Shown piece by piece: positions 1 through 11,122 of a stretch of DNA of 64,000 bases. Under the pieces are notes generated by a model that was not told the DNA's origin, did no database searches, and worked only from the letters and a program-made list of their open reading frames with translations. Made by a program: the position numbers and the translations under genes. Position 1 is the stretch's first letter; each line of letters begins with the position of its first letter. Location: NCBI GenBank assembly GCA_950097015.1, contig CATNEN010000001.1:15190001-15254000 (forward strand). The letters run 5' to 3'. This DNA comes from Macrostomum hystrix. Its lineage: Eukaryota; Animalia; Platyhelminthes.

Positions 1-4
1 AAGA

Positions 5-1786
5 ATGAGACGCATAAAAAGTTTTCAGCCCACAAGTTTCTCATGGAATAAGGAGAGTCTAATGTTTCGGGAACTGGATGCTACTCACGATGCTTTTGAA
101 ATGTTTTGCTGCGCTTCTAGTAAATTGAATCTAAATGTCTGTGCGGCTACAAAAGTTGACCTTATAGATCTGGCTGGAAGCGTAAAGGTCGTTTTTATTA
201 CCTGCGACTCCTGTGATCTTATTGGTGCACTCCTTTCCCAGGGGTTCTTCCCTTGTTGCGAAGGGTCAAAGCCTGATTCAGATGGGTATGCATTCTTTTC
301 TTTTACCTTTTTGTCCCTGCTAGACAGTTTGTGTATGACTAGGCAGTTGCCTGTTCACAGAGCGGTTAGTACACTGCTCATTGGGCCAACTCTGGGACAA
401 GGTACATATAATTTGGCTCTTGTAAAAAGCACTTATCAACGCATTCAACGACATGATGTTTTGCTGCGGTTTCGCCACCTGCAAATGGCCTCAGCAAAAT
501 GGCCAAATAATTGTCTTCTCTGTCCAGATAATCACGCTGTGCGCAAAACTGTTGTCTGTGCAGATGCTCTATTTGGTTGGCAGCGCTTTAAAGCCAGGGG
601 GCGTACACAACTGGAAATACCATCGCCTTTTGTGTGGCTCAAATATCACAACTGGTGGAGAAAAGTTTTGCTACCTGGAACAGTGCCTTGAACACTTTCT
701 GCGAAACGTCAAAGTGTCTAAGGAATTACTTGTCGTATATGACGTGGGTAAGTTTATTATTATTTTATAAAATGCATACAATCTATGAAATACTGTTGCT
801 TGTGTACAGTTATATGACAACATGACTTACTCTTTATCCCAATTCACAGGCTGTCGCGTATCCAGCCGGGTTACGTCCGCTGTGCAATAAACGCTTTTTA
901 TGCTCTTGGTCACCTGCCCAGTCGTCAAAAAAAGTTTTCTGTTCGCGTTACTCCAGGCGCAGGTCTCTGCGATGAAGAGAATACTGAGCGAGCCTGGTCT
1001 CAACTCAGGCCGTTCGGTAAGTTTTTAAAGTACATGCGAAAAGACCGACGAGCGCAATACATGGCGCATATTCTATACTTTTTTAATGCACAACAGCTTC
1101 TTAGCGCTTCTGGGTGGTTTACACAACGTATTAAGCTTATGGTAGGTGCGGGAAAAAGCATTCTAAGTGAGCTAAAAGAGCTACAAAGCCAGTCTGCGAT
1201 TTTGCAGCACTCGGGGGTCCTAAATGACAGTCTGGTCATCTCTGAGGATGAAATTTTGGATTTAGGCTCCCAATGGTATGAAGATTCCCTCCGAGTAGCT
1301 GTACACAACTCGGAAGATGATATCCTATGTGAGCTACGCGCTTTTGCAGTGCACAGAGATCATTGGAGTAAACAGGTTGGTAAGTCGGTTGGCCAAAGTC
1401 AAACCAGAATGTGCTTGCGAAAGGTTAAAAGTTATGCATCCGACATGAAGAAACTCTACGCTCGTCTTCCAATTGAAGACAGAGCTTCTTTCGATGAATA
1501 TAAAAAGCCGCGTAGTGCGAAATATGAACATTTGTCTGGAACCGATCTTTCCATCCGATTTCGTCAGCGGGCTATCGACGTCAGTAACAAGTATAAACGC
1601 CTAAAAGAAGAAGCGCATATTATTTCAGATGAGTGGGTTGACCTTCAGGTTAATTTGCAGAGCCTCTGTGATGACTTAGCGAATCAGCCGGGCTTAGCCG
1701 CTCAATTTCGGGATTTGTTTAGAAGACTGCTTGAAGTTTCAAGTAAAAGCGTGACTGATGCTGTAAAATATGTTCTTTGCGAATAA
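5..1786 (+). pseudogene. KDZ (Kyakuja-Dileera-Zisupton) type transposase with N-terminal Cys cluster, frameshifted/decayed
   Basis: Motifs in KDZ order: CDSC..LLSQGFFP (CxC-like), CLLCP..VCADALFG, GEKFCY, YDVG|C across a GT-AG intron (748-849), then AINAFYALGH..RQKKFSVRVTPGAGLCDEENTERAWSQL (851-1033, in frame with ORF 1034-1786), resembling KDZ FHAxGH..CQ..GxGLxDGExxERxWS. Frame breaks and FH>FY, CQ>RQ, DGE>DEE substitutions. Confidence 0.75.
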
Positions 1787-1941
1787 GTTCTCCCTAAGCA
1801 CGCTGAGTCAGAGCGCTAATGAAGCGGTTGCTTCAGAAGATTCGGGGTCTTCTGATAGCGACTCCGATTAAGTATCCAACCAGTGTACTAATAATTCCAC
1901 CTTTACTTGTGTTTTTAATTGAAGTCAAGCGCTGCCTTGTA

Positions 1942-2166
1942 AAGTCACTCTGCAACTACTTTTGTGTGGGTGCTGTGAAGCGTTAAGTTTAGGAGCGCTA
2001 AAATTAATACCAGTAAGCCCTAAATTTGGACACATTTCTTTCAACTAGCAAAATTTTTACAGGTCACTTTGCACATGCAATTCAATGTGCTGTGAAGCGC
2101 TACATTTTAAAGCGCTAATTTCATGAGCCCATGTGTCAGCCTTCTCGCGGCGGACTCGTTGAGCGT
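1942..2166 (+). repeat. 225-bp direct repeat, copy 1 (copy 2 at 3666-3890)
   Basis: aagtcactctgca...cggactcgttgagcgt is near-identical at both places. Confidence 0.95.
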
Positions 2167-2554
2167 AAATAAAATCTGCTAATTACCGTGCGCTGCCAAT
2201 CTTACCGTGCATGTTTGCACTATTCAGCGGACTGGCAGTGTACTCACGTTAGCTGTTTTTATTCGTGGGACTAATGACACTATTAAATTCGTTCATTTAT
2301 CAGCTTTTCCGTTCAATTCCGTTTTATTATCATTATATAGCTCACAGTTTCATTGTCTGTCAAATAAATGGAGGGGCTCCTAAACAGGTTTCTCGTTCTT
2401 ATTTTTTTCATTGCTTGCCGTGCTTGATAAACATGCTTTCCTTTTTAGCATTTACATACTTGTGCCTATATACGTCACCGATTTCAGCGAAACGCAGGCA
2501 ACTTAAATAAACTTTAAAAAAATCAAAATTCAGATTTCAAATTCATAAGACAGC

Positions 2555-3562
2555 ATGCCCACTGATAAGCTCGATTGTCCGTTATGTCTTCCTGGTTTAT
2601 CTGCCTATTCGGCCAGACCTGACAGGCTCGCTCTGCATATTGAAACGCATCATCCAAACGCGAAAGGGAAGACGGAATGCATTATTCAATATCTACGTTG
2701 GTCGAAGAAGGCCGATGCAAAATTGTGCCAGCTATGCGATACATTCTATGTACATTTGCGGCAGCACTATAAGCTGATTCACACCATCGAATTCCGGCGA
2801 CTTAACACTGCTGACAGGTCAACCAGCCATGCGACTCGCGCGAAAGCGTGGTGTTAAACGTTTTGGTGAAATATTCTGGTGGTTTGCTTCCAATCAGCCG
2901 TTGCCAAAGTATCCGTCCTCAGATGGTGACTGTTGGAACGCTGGAAGAACAAAGGTAATTAATTTGTGAAGGGCATGTCACGATCTCATTTAAAGCTTAG
3001 TTACATAAAATGCAAACTGCCTGTGCCATCTGTATTTTCTAAGTCTTGTCAACACTTCCCACAGGCGCTGCGAATCTTCTGCTGGCCAACGATCATGCAT
3101 AGATGTCTACAGGAAAAGTTCAAATTTCGTCCCAGCCAAGGTTTTAGTGAAGCCTTCTGGTGAGAAGGGTCTCGGTATTTTTGCTGGTGAACTAATTCGA
3201 GCTGATTCATTCGTGTGCTTCTATGGTGACACCGTAATATCTAGAAAACAAGGACTCGCCAAAGAGCAGGAGAGGGCATCTAAAGGCGAGTCACCTTGTT
3301 TTGCGTTTTTCTTTTTTATGGCTCCCAATCGCTTTGCGAAGATGCTACTGATAGTTTTTCCCTTGGTCGGTTTATTAATCACAGTCGGTTGACTCCAAAT
3401 CTAATGCCAAGGGCGATACCACCATGTAAAGAAATCGGACGGAACGTCTGCAGGATCGCTTTTTTTGCTATTCGGGACATTCTAGAAGGGCAAGAATTGC
3501 TCTTCGATTATTCTGAAACTGACGAAGAGTGTCTAAAGAGGTTTCCCTGGCTGCAATCTTAA
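2555..3562 (+). CDS. Zn-finger + PR-Set7/SETD8-like SET-domain lysine methyltransferase, frame-disrupted as assembled
   Basis: N-terminal CPLC..H...H and CQLC..H....H. Probable intron ~2954-3064. SET motifs EKGLGIFA, CFYG, CEDAT, GRFINHS, RDILEGQELLFDY and C-terminal FPWL as in SET8. Frameshift in a T-rich run (~3298-3318); a further break near 2855. Confidence 0.8.
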
Positions 3563-3665
3563 AAGTTCAAAAAATTGTACAAACTAGTCACTGCTAATCA
3601 TTTTGAATTTTTTGCACATGCGTCAGGCAAATTTCTTCAAAACTTGTCGCATAAAACATTACAGC

Positions 3666-3890
3666 AAGTCACTCTGCACCTACTTTTGTGTGGGTGCTGT
3701 GAAGCGTTAAGTTTAAGAGCGCTATTATTAATACCAGTAAGCCCAAAATTTGGACACATTTCTTTCAACTAGCAAAGTTTTTACAGGTCACTTTGCACAT
3801 GCAATTCAATGTGCTGTGAAGCGCTACATTTTAAAGCGCTAATTTCATGAGCCCATGTGTCAGCCTTCTCGCGGCGGACTCGTTGAGCGT
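3666..3890 (+). repeat. 225-bp direct repeat, copy 2
   Basis: Near-identical to 1942-2166. Confidence 0.95.
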
Positions 3891-4020
3891 GGCGGTCAAT
3901 TGTTGTCCGGTTGTCGTGCCGTAGATGCTGGTGGCGGCATCTAGATTAGAGGTAGAGTGAGAGGTAGGTAGATTGAGAAGTACAGGTAGAACTGACAAGT
4001 GAGAACTGACAGACATTTTT

Positions 4021-4123
4021 CTCACTCCACCTCACTCCACCTCTCACTCCACCTCTCACTACCTCTCAATCCACGTCTCACTACCTTTCACTCCACCTCT
4101 TACTCTGCCATACACTCCACCTG
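4021..4123. repeat. ctcactccac-type minisatellite (related array at 12330-12552)
   Basis: Visible tandem units. Confidence 0.8.
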
Positions 4124-4180
4124 TCACTGACATATATATGCGGCATATATCGTAAAGCAAAAATGTGCATTCGATCTCAC

Positions 4181-4363
4181 CTGGAGGACTTCAGCTGCGT
4201 AGACTCTGCCTGCATATTTGGCCGTGCATCGCCACCTCTCTTCACTGTCTCTTAACAGTGACAATTCAGAAACTGTCCGATTTTTTAATTCACATTCACC
4301 TACATCACTCTCATTTGCTTCGATAACCTGCCTGTCGGCTTCAAATACGACTAAAAACTTCAT
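4181..4363 (-). CDS. Orphan first exon resembling the N-terminal domain of BEND5-like/transposon BEN proteins
   Basis: MKFLVVFEAD...AKYAGRVYAAEVLQ followed by donor gtgaga; pattern similarity only. Confidence 0.3.
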
Positions 4364-5490
4364 GTCTGCAGAATATGCTTGAAAATTTTGAAACTTTGAG
4401 AACGACAGGAGGTTAGGGGAGCGAAGATAAGCTAAAGCTTTACTTATATTTACTTAGATTGTCTGATTGTCAGTTGCGCTACTTCACTCATGTAAACAAG
4501 TATGAGATCTGAAATGTCCAGCTAGCGGTGTACTGCAGTATTAAATATGAATTGGGTTTTGTTTTTCTTGCTTTTTGATTTTAAGTGTAACACTACCTGT
4601 CCTAGAATAAATACACCTGTGTTGACAGTCATTTTTTAATTCACACGCTCGTTGCGAGGAGTTTTTTTAAGAACTAGCTAATTGTTGAGAGGTTCTCGAA
4701 GAAAATAATCTACCTTGTTTGTTTCTAGGCTGAACATGACATCTAAAACCACAGATAGGAATTCTAGAACAGAATTCATTTCACGAGTGAAGCGGGGATG
4801 CACATTACCCAACAATACCCTAGAAATCACATGATCCAGACAATGACTCAGAATTAAAGTACGGATTGTCCGATTCTCAGTTGCGTTACTTCACTCATGA
4901 AAACTATTTTTTCTTACGGATATGTTTTGTTCTGTTTTCTCGTGTTTTCTCATATTGCCCATGCATGACTTATCATCTGTAATTAAACCTTGATTTTGAA
5001 GACATGTAATTAAGACAGACTGTTTCCTATAAAAGTGTGAGATGAACTGAGATGAAGATGAACTACAAGTACATATAAATGCTATATAAATGCTACTTAT
5101 AAATACTATAAATAAACTAATTGTTGCTGCACATTATTTCATAAAATACATCAAACAAAACAAAAAGATTATTCAACCTTGTTGCGAGCGCAGCCGTGGA
5201 ACTCCATTGACATGACATGGAGTACGTGAAGGTCGCTGTCGTTATCTAACCTGCTAAACTCGGCCAGATACAGCTCGCCGGGATGCTGGGCCAACTGCTA
5301 CTCGACGCTGAGTAGCTGACTGAATTAGAATAGACACTAATATCAATGTCATCCGCAGCTTCTGTTTCTTGACACGCCTGACCGTGTACCAGGCGTCAGG
5401 TGTTCATGGAGAACGTCTGGAAAAAATATGGAATGTTTCAGACCCAATTTACATATTTATCATTTGTCTATAACGATTGCCTGTAATCAG

Positions 5491-5765
5491 ATGGGAAGCA
5501 TGCGAATCTTTTAAGTGAGCTTTGCTTAAGGGTCGGAGTGTAAATGTTAGTAGCAGCTTAGTATAAATGTTAGTAGAAATGAAAAATGAACTTTTGCTAC
5601 GAATTGTAGCAAACTCTTAGCTACAGGGACAGAGGTCACATGGGAAGCATGCGAATCTTTTAAGTGTTAGCCAGCTTAAGGGTCGGAGTGTAAATGTTAG
5701 TAGCAGCTTAGTATAAATGTTAGTAGAAATGAAATAAATGTACTTTTGCTACGAATTGTAGCAAA
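5491..5765 (+). repeat. Direct duplication of ~130 bp
   Basis: atgggaagcatgcgaatc...ttgtagcaaa at ~5491 and ~5640. Confidence 0.9.
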
Positions 5766-6398
5766 GCAGGCAAGCAAAGCAAGTGAGCAAGTGCAGGAAC
5801 ACGAAGCAAGGAGTGCTCGTTAAATATGTTGGTTATCATGCTAAGCTAAAGCTAAGAAGCTAAACATTTAGGCTGTGCATCAAGCTAATAAATAAATATG
5901 AGTGAAATAAAGGAAGACAACAAGCAAAGATGTATTCCAAAATATTCCTAATATAATTCTTAGGATTATAGGATCACCGAAGCCATATTCCTTTCATTTG
6001 AAATGCATCTGAAATGACGAAGCGGGAGGTTTCGAGGTGTGTTAGCAGCTCGTTATTGGACAGCATGAAGGTGGAGTGAGGGGTTATCTTCGTACGCAGT
6101 TGTTATCTGCTTCTTTAAATTTGCAGATAAACTTGCTATAGGGCTTGGAGGATGGCTCATGCAATTTTCTGGTTAAACATGAACACGACAAGACACGACA
6201 TATGACATTATGGCTACAATCATATTGAATGTGAGTACATTTGCTTACGTTGTAATATTGCATTAGCATTGTAGTGTGACAATCGCATTTTGATAAATGG
6301 TGCTATAATGGCTAAAACTAAATATTGTTTTACCAGACTCAATGAAAACTTACACCTGCAAACGGGTATAATTGCACGCTTGGCTCTTATTTAAGGAA

Positions 6399-6668
6399 TT
6401 AACGATTAAGGATTAGGAATTCAGGAATAAAGGTATCACAAACAGGTAGCTTAGACAAACCTTTATTTCTTCGCCGGTGGCCGGGGAGGGCACCGGGGCC
6501 TCGGCGGCGTGAAATTTGTGGCCGCCCGGCCCCTCCCTTCTCCTTCCACCACTGGACCTTGTTGTTGTTGTCCACCGTGGTGGGCAGCAGCGCCCAGGGG
6601 CTGCTGGGCTGCGGCTGCTGCTGTTGCTGCTGCCGTGGCTGCTGCTGCTGCTGCTGCTGATTATCCAT
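6399..6668 (-). CDS. GC-rich polyQ/basic ORF, possible first exon of an unknown gene
   Basis: MDNQ7PRQ6...RRRG..HRRRNK; GC island in AT-rich DNA; downstream exons not resolved. Confidence 0.35.
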   Translation of the reverse strand: MDNQQQQQQQPRQQQQQQPQPSSPWALLPTTVDNNNKVQWWKEKGGAGRPQISRRRGPGALPGHRRRNKGLSKLPVCDTFIPEFLILNR

Positions 6669-6996
6669 GAAAATTCAGATTCAGGCAATTCAAATGAAAG
6701 CTTCAGATTCAGTGGCTACAATGTGGCTACAAATAATTAAAGAGCCTGAAAGGAATTAAGGATTTAAGAAAGTGAAAGCAGATAAAAGGATGGTAAAAAC
6801 TTAGCAAACTGCAGTGAGGCTTAGTACATCTTAAATGGTCCTTATCACACAAGCTGGAATGGTGGCTTTGCTTGCTATCTTCAGGCTGGCATCTGAGAAC
6901 TGGTAAGGCTTGGCTAATCATTTGTTGTAAAGTGTTTGCTAGATACCCAACCCAAAATTGTTGGTTAGCTCCTGCAAAGCAATAACAATTGATCCC

Positions 6997-8545
6997 AGTG
7001 TACACTAGAGTTCTTTGGTCTGGTACAGGTATATAACTTTGCTATGAAATTTCCTTATAATGACTATTTATTTATCAACTTTATTTTACCAGGTCTTTAT
7101 CACACTGGCTCACTAGCTGGAATTGTGGCATCTGGTTGTCTTCACTCTCATGGTATAGCTAAGGGCATATGAGAACTAATCACATAGGATCAAAGGCTAT
7201 GGTAAGTGCTTGAGTACATAATCATTTTTAGTGTTAGCCCAACCCAGCCCAAGATACCCAACACAAAATTGCTGGTTGCTTGAGCTCTCAGTTTTGATAA
7301 TGCATGCACAGTAGTTTGCCTTGAGCTATTGGTTTTGAGACTGCATGAGCAGTAGTTTGCCTTGAAACTGCTGTTTATCAAATTCTCTCCTCTCCTCTTC
7401 TCTTCTCCTCTCCCCCTCCTCTACCCCCTCCTCTTCTCTCCTCTCCCCCTCTCCCCTCCTTTCCTCTGCTCTTTTTTCCTCTCCTCTTCTCTCCTGCCTT
7501 TATTCTCCTCTTCTTTTGTTTCTATAAGCAATATAAGTGATCCTAGTGTACACTAGAGTTATTTGGTCTAGTACAGTTATATAACTTTGCTATGAAATTT
7601 CCTTATAATGACTATTTATTTATCAACTTTATTTTACCAGGTCTTTATCACACTGGCTCACTAGCTGGAATTGTGGCATCTGGTTGTCTTCACTCTCATG
7701 GCATAGCAAAGGGCATATGAGAACTAATCACATATGATTAAAGGCTATGGTAAGTTCTTGAGTACATAATCATTTTTAGTGTTAGCCCAACCCAGCCCAA
7801 GATACCCAACACAAAATTGCTGGTTGCTTGAGCTCTTAGTTTTGATAATGCATGCACAGTAGTTTGCCTTGAGCTATTGGTTTTGATACTGCATGAGCAG
7901 TAGTTTGCCTTGAAACTGCTGTTTATGAAATTCTCTCTTCTCTTCTCCTCTCCCCCCTCCTCTTCTCCTTTCCTCTGCTCTTCTTTCCTCTCTTCTTTCC
8001 TCTCCTCTTCTCTCCTGCCCTTTTTTCTCCTCTTCTCTTCTTGTTTCTACAAGCAATATAAGTGATCCTAGTGTACACTAGAGTTATTTGGTCTGGTACA
8101 GTTATATAAATTTGCTATGAAATTTCCTTATAATGACTATTTATTTATCAACTTTATTTTACCAGGTCTTTATCACACTGGCTCACTAGCTGGAATTGTG
8201 GCATCTGGTTGTCTTCACTCTCATGGCATAGCTAAGGGCATATGAGAACTAATCACATATGATTAAAGGCTATGGTAAGTGCTTGAGTACATATTCATTT
8301 CTCAGTGTTAGCCCAACCCAGCCCAAGATACCCAACACAAATTTTTTGCTGGTTGCTTGAGCTCTCAGTTTTGATAATGCACGCACAGCAGTTTGCCTTG
8401 AGCTATTGGTTTTGATACTGCATGAGCAGTTGTTTGCCTTAAAACTGCTGTTTATGAAATTCCTCTAGCTAATGACTATTTATTTATGAACACTATTTTC
8501 CCCAGGTCTTTATAACACTAGCTAGAATTGTGGCATTGCTAGCTA
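6997..8545 (+). repeat. Three tandem ~530-550-bp units separated by polypyrimidine (ctctc) tracts
   Basis: agtgtacactagagtt unit starts at ~6997, ~7545, ~8070. Confidence 0.95.
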
Positions 8546-9878
8546 TCTTTACTGAGTTATCTGATGTACTAGAGTGTTCACTTGAGCTATCAGATCTTGT
8601 ACATTTATGCTCAAGCCCCATACACAGTTCATACCAGCCCTGTATAATTACCTCAATTGTGGTCCTATTTAACCTAATATAGCTAACAATCCTTTATAAG
8701 CTCTTATCAGCCTTCTGCCCCTTCTTGCCTAGCTATAGATCTAAATACAAACAGCAAACCAACTGTCTCACCTCTCACACCTAACAGGACAAGGGGTCCC
8801 AAGAATCCTAGTCTGGTGTTGAAGCTGAATGGCCAACAATCAACAACAGCCTGTTGAGTGCCAACCAAAAAGACATGATTGACTAACTGTGAATAAACTA
8901 ATCTTGTTCTGAATGCCTTTATGAATATTGATTAAACTGAGGCCCTCTTTTTATCCCTAGTTGACATTTCAAAATTTGCTAATATAGATAAACACAGAAC
9001 TTGAGCTGCTATAAGAGACTTAAAGGTAAAATGGTAAAAATGTGCCTTCTGTAAAAACTGTAGCTACAGTGCATAAATATTTCAGAACCTATACACAAAC
9101 TTCATAAGAACACACTTTGCTGCTGTATTCATATAACATACTCTAAGCACAAATGCCAACTCAAATAATTATGACATGGCTGAAATTCCTAGCAATTAAA
9201 TGCTTGAAATAATAATTAGCTTTGCAAAATAAACTTTTCCTATGTTTTGTGAAGAAATGGCAGGAAAAAATCTCATGAGTCTTTGTATTTATTTCGTCTT
9301 GTCTAATTAATTTCAGTGTCAACTTATGTTTATCGGTTTGAAATTTCACACGTGCATTAGATTAACGGAGAAGTGAAAGTGAAAGTGAAAACAAAGGTTT
9401 GCAGTGCATTGCAGCTTAAAAAGTGATTTGCTCAAGCCAAAATAAATGTGAATTCTCAAATTCTACGTTTGAGAAATATGTGATATATGAAATATGTTTA
9501 TGATTTTCTAAATATTGCTGTGTGACTGGCTTTTTGAAGGCAAAAACACTTTTTCACTGGCTGTTGTTAAGCCAAAGTGGCGTCAAGACTGACAATGCCG
9601 TAGGAAATTAGCGCTGTACATTATGAAAATTCTAACTACAACTGTGTAATGCTGCTGCAGTTCTAAATATCAATTCGGTTTTGGTTTTCTCGCTTTTTAA
9701 TTTTATAAAACAAAATATTTTTACGAAGATCAAGCTGCTGGCTGCAGAAGTGTTCAGTCCATGGACTGGGTTACGCCATGCTGACCCTTATCTAAAAATT
9801 CTGAAGTTTTTTTTCTCAAAGGGAACAACGACTCAGAGAACTTAAAGCACGTCAGAACTTCAGAATAAGCCGCCTGTC

Positions 9879-10180
9879 CACCTGTGTTGACAGTCATTTT
9901 TTAATTCACACGCTCGTTGCAACGAAGATGATCTATCTTGTTTGCTTATGAGGTTTGTTTTTAGATAAGGCACATTTGGGAGAATCTAGGCTGAACATGA
10001 CAGCTAAAACTGCAGAACATTCTAGAACATTCTGGAACAGAATTCATTTCACGAGTGAAGCGGGGATAGAGGAAAGGAAACAGGGGGTTGGCGGTGCAGG
10101 GGGTACTTATAAAATTATAAACTCGGCCGGTCGATTTCGAAATTTCGATGGAGCTCCGAATTAAAAAAACAAACCACGCG
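9879..10180 (+). promoter_or_regulatory. HES promoter: CSL/Su(H)-type site TTCACACG (9905-9912), N-box CACGAG (10050-10055), TATAAAA (10108-10114), class C site CACGCG (10175-10180)
   Basis: Motifs read directly; they match known Hes/E(spl) Notch-input and autorepression sites; short motifs can occur by chance. Confidence 0.55.
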
Positions 10181-10193
10181 CCCAGTAGAGTTG

Positions 10194-10514
10194 ATGGAGT
10201 ATAGGAGAATCAGCAAGCAGGTGATGGAGCAGCAGCGCAGAGCCAGAATTAATGCCAGCTTGGACAGACTCAAAGAGCTGCTGCAGGCCAACAAGGTGAT
10301 AAAACCGTACCAGATTAAGCGCCTAGAGAAGGCCGACATCCTGGAGCTGACTGTGGAGCTGCTGCTGTATGACTCAGCCAAGACTCAATCTACGTCCATG
10401 AGCTTCTGCTGCAAGTCTTCGGCCTCATCAACGGTGTCGGCTTTGTCTACTGACGAAGAATCTAGCCAGTCGATGGACCAGGAGGCAGCCCAGCCTGTGT
10501 GGCGTCCTTGGTAA
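10194..10514 (+). CDS. hes: Intronless HES/hairy-E(spl)-family bHLH repressor lacking the Orange domain, 106 aa
   Basis: MEQQRRARINASLDRLKELL...RLEKADILELTV bHLH and C-terminal WRPW; TATA upstream, AATAAA at ~11207. Confidence 0.93.
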   Translation: MEYRRISKQVMEQQRRARINASLDRLKELLQANKVIKPYQIKRLEKADILELTVELLLYDSAKTQSTSMSFCCKSSASSTVSALSTDEESSQSMDQEAAQPVWRPW

Positions 10515-10603
10515 CCGGCCCCTGGCAACAGCATCCGGCATTCCAGCATAAGTCAACTTAGTGAATTAGTTTCGTTGTTTTGTTATTTAGTTGTCATGGA
10601 CTG

Positions 10604-11122
10604 ATTGTCCCCAAACTGAGAATCTGAGATTGTCACCAAACTGAGGATCTGGGATTGTCACCAAACTGAGGATCTGGGATAATTGTCATTAAACTGAGGA
10701 TCTGGGATTGTCACCAAACTGAGGATCTGGGATTGTCCCAAACAGAGGATCTGGGATTGTCACCAAACAGAGGATCTGGGATTGTCACCAAACTGAGGAT
10801 CTGAGATAATTGTCATTAAACTGAGCTTTAAATTTTTATATATTGTTGTATCATTGTATCGTTGTATCGTATCAATGTTTTATCATTGTTGTTGTGTTGT
10901 ATCAGTGTTGTATCAAGGCTTAGTTCATTTCATTGTTTAAAACTTTTTATCTGGGGGATTATCACCAATCTGGGATTGTCCCAAACTGAGGATCTGGGAT
11001 TGTCACCAAACTGAGGATCTGGGATTGTCCGAAACAGAGGATCTGGGATTGTCACCAAACAGAGGATCTGGGATTGTCACCAAACTGAGGATCTGGGATA
11101 ATTGTCATTAAACTGAGCTTTA
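10604..11122 (+). repeat. 25-bp minisatellite (gggattgtcaccaaactgaggatct) in two duplicated blocks in the HES 3' region
   Basis: Visible tandem units. Confidence 0.9.
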
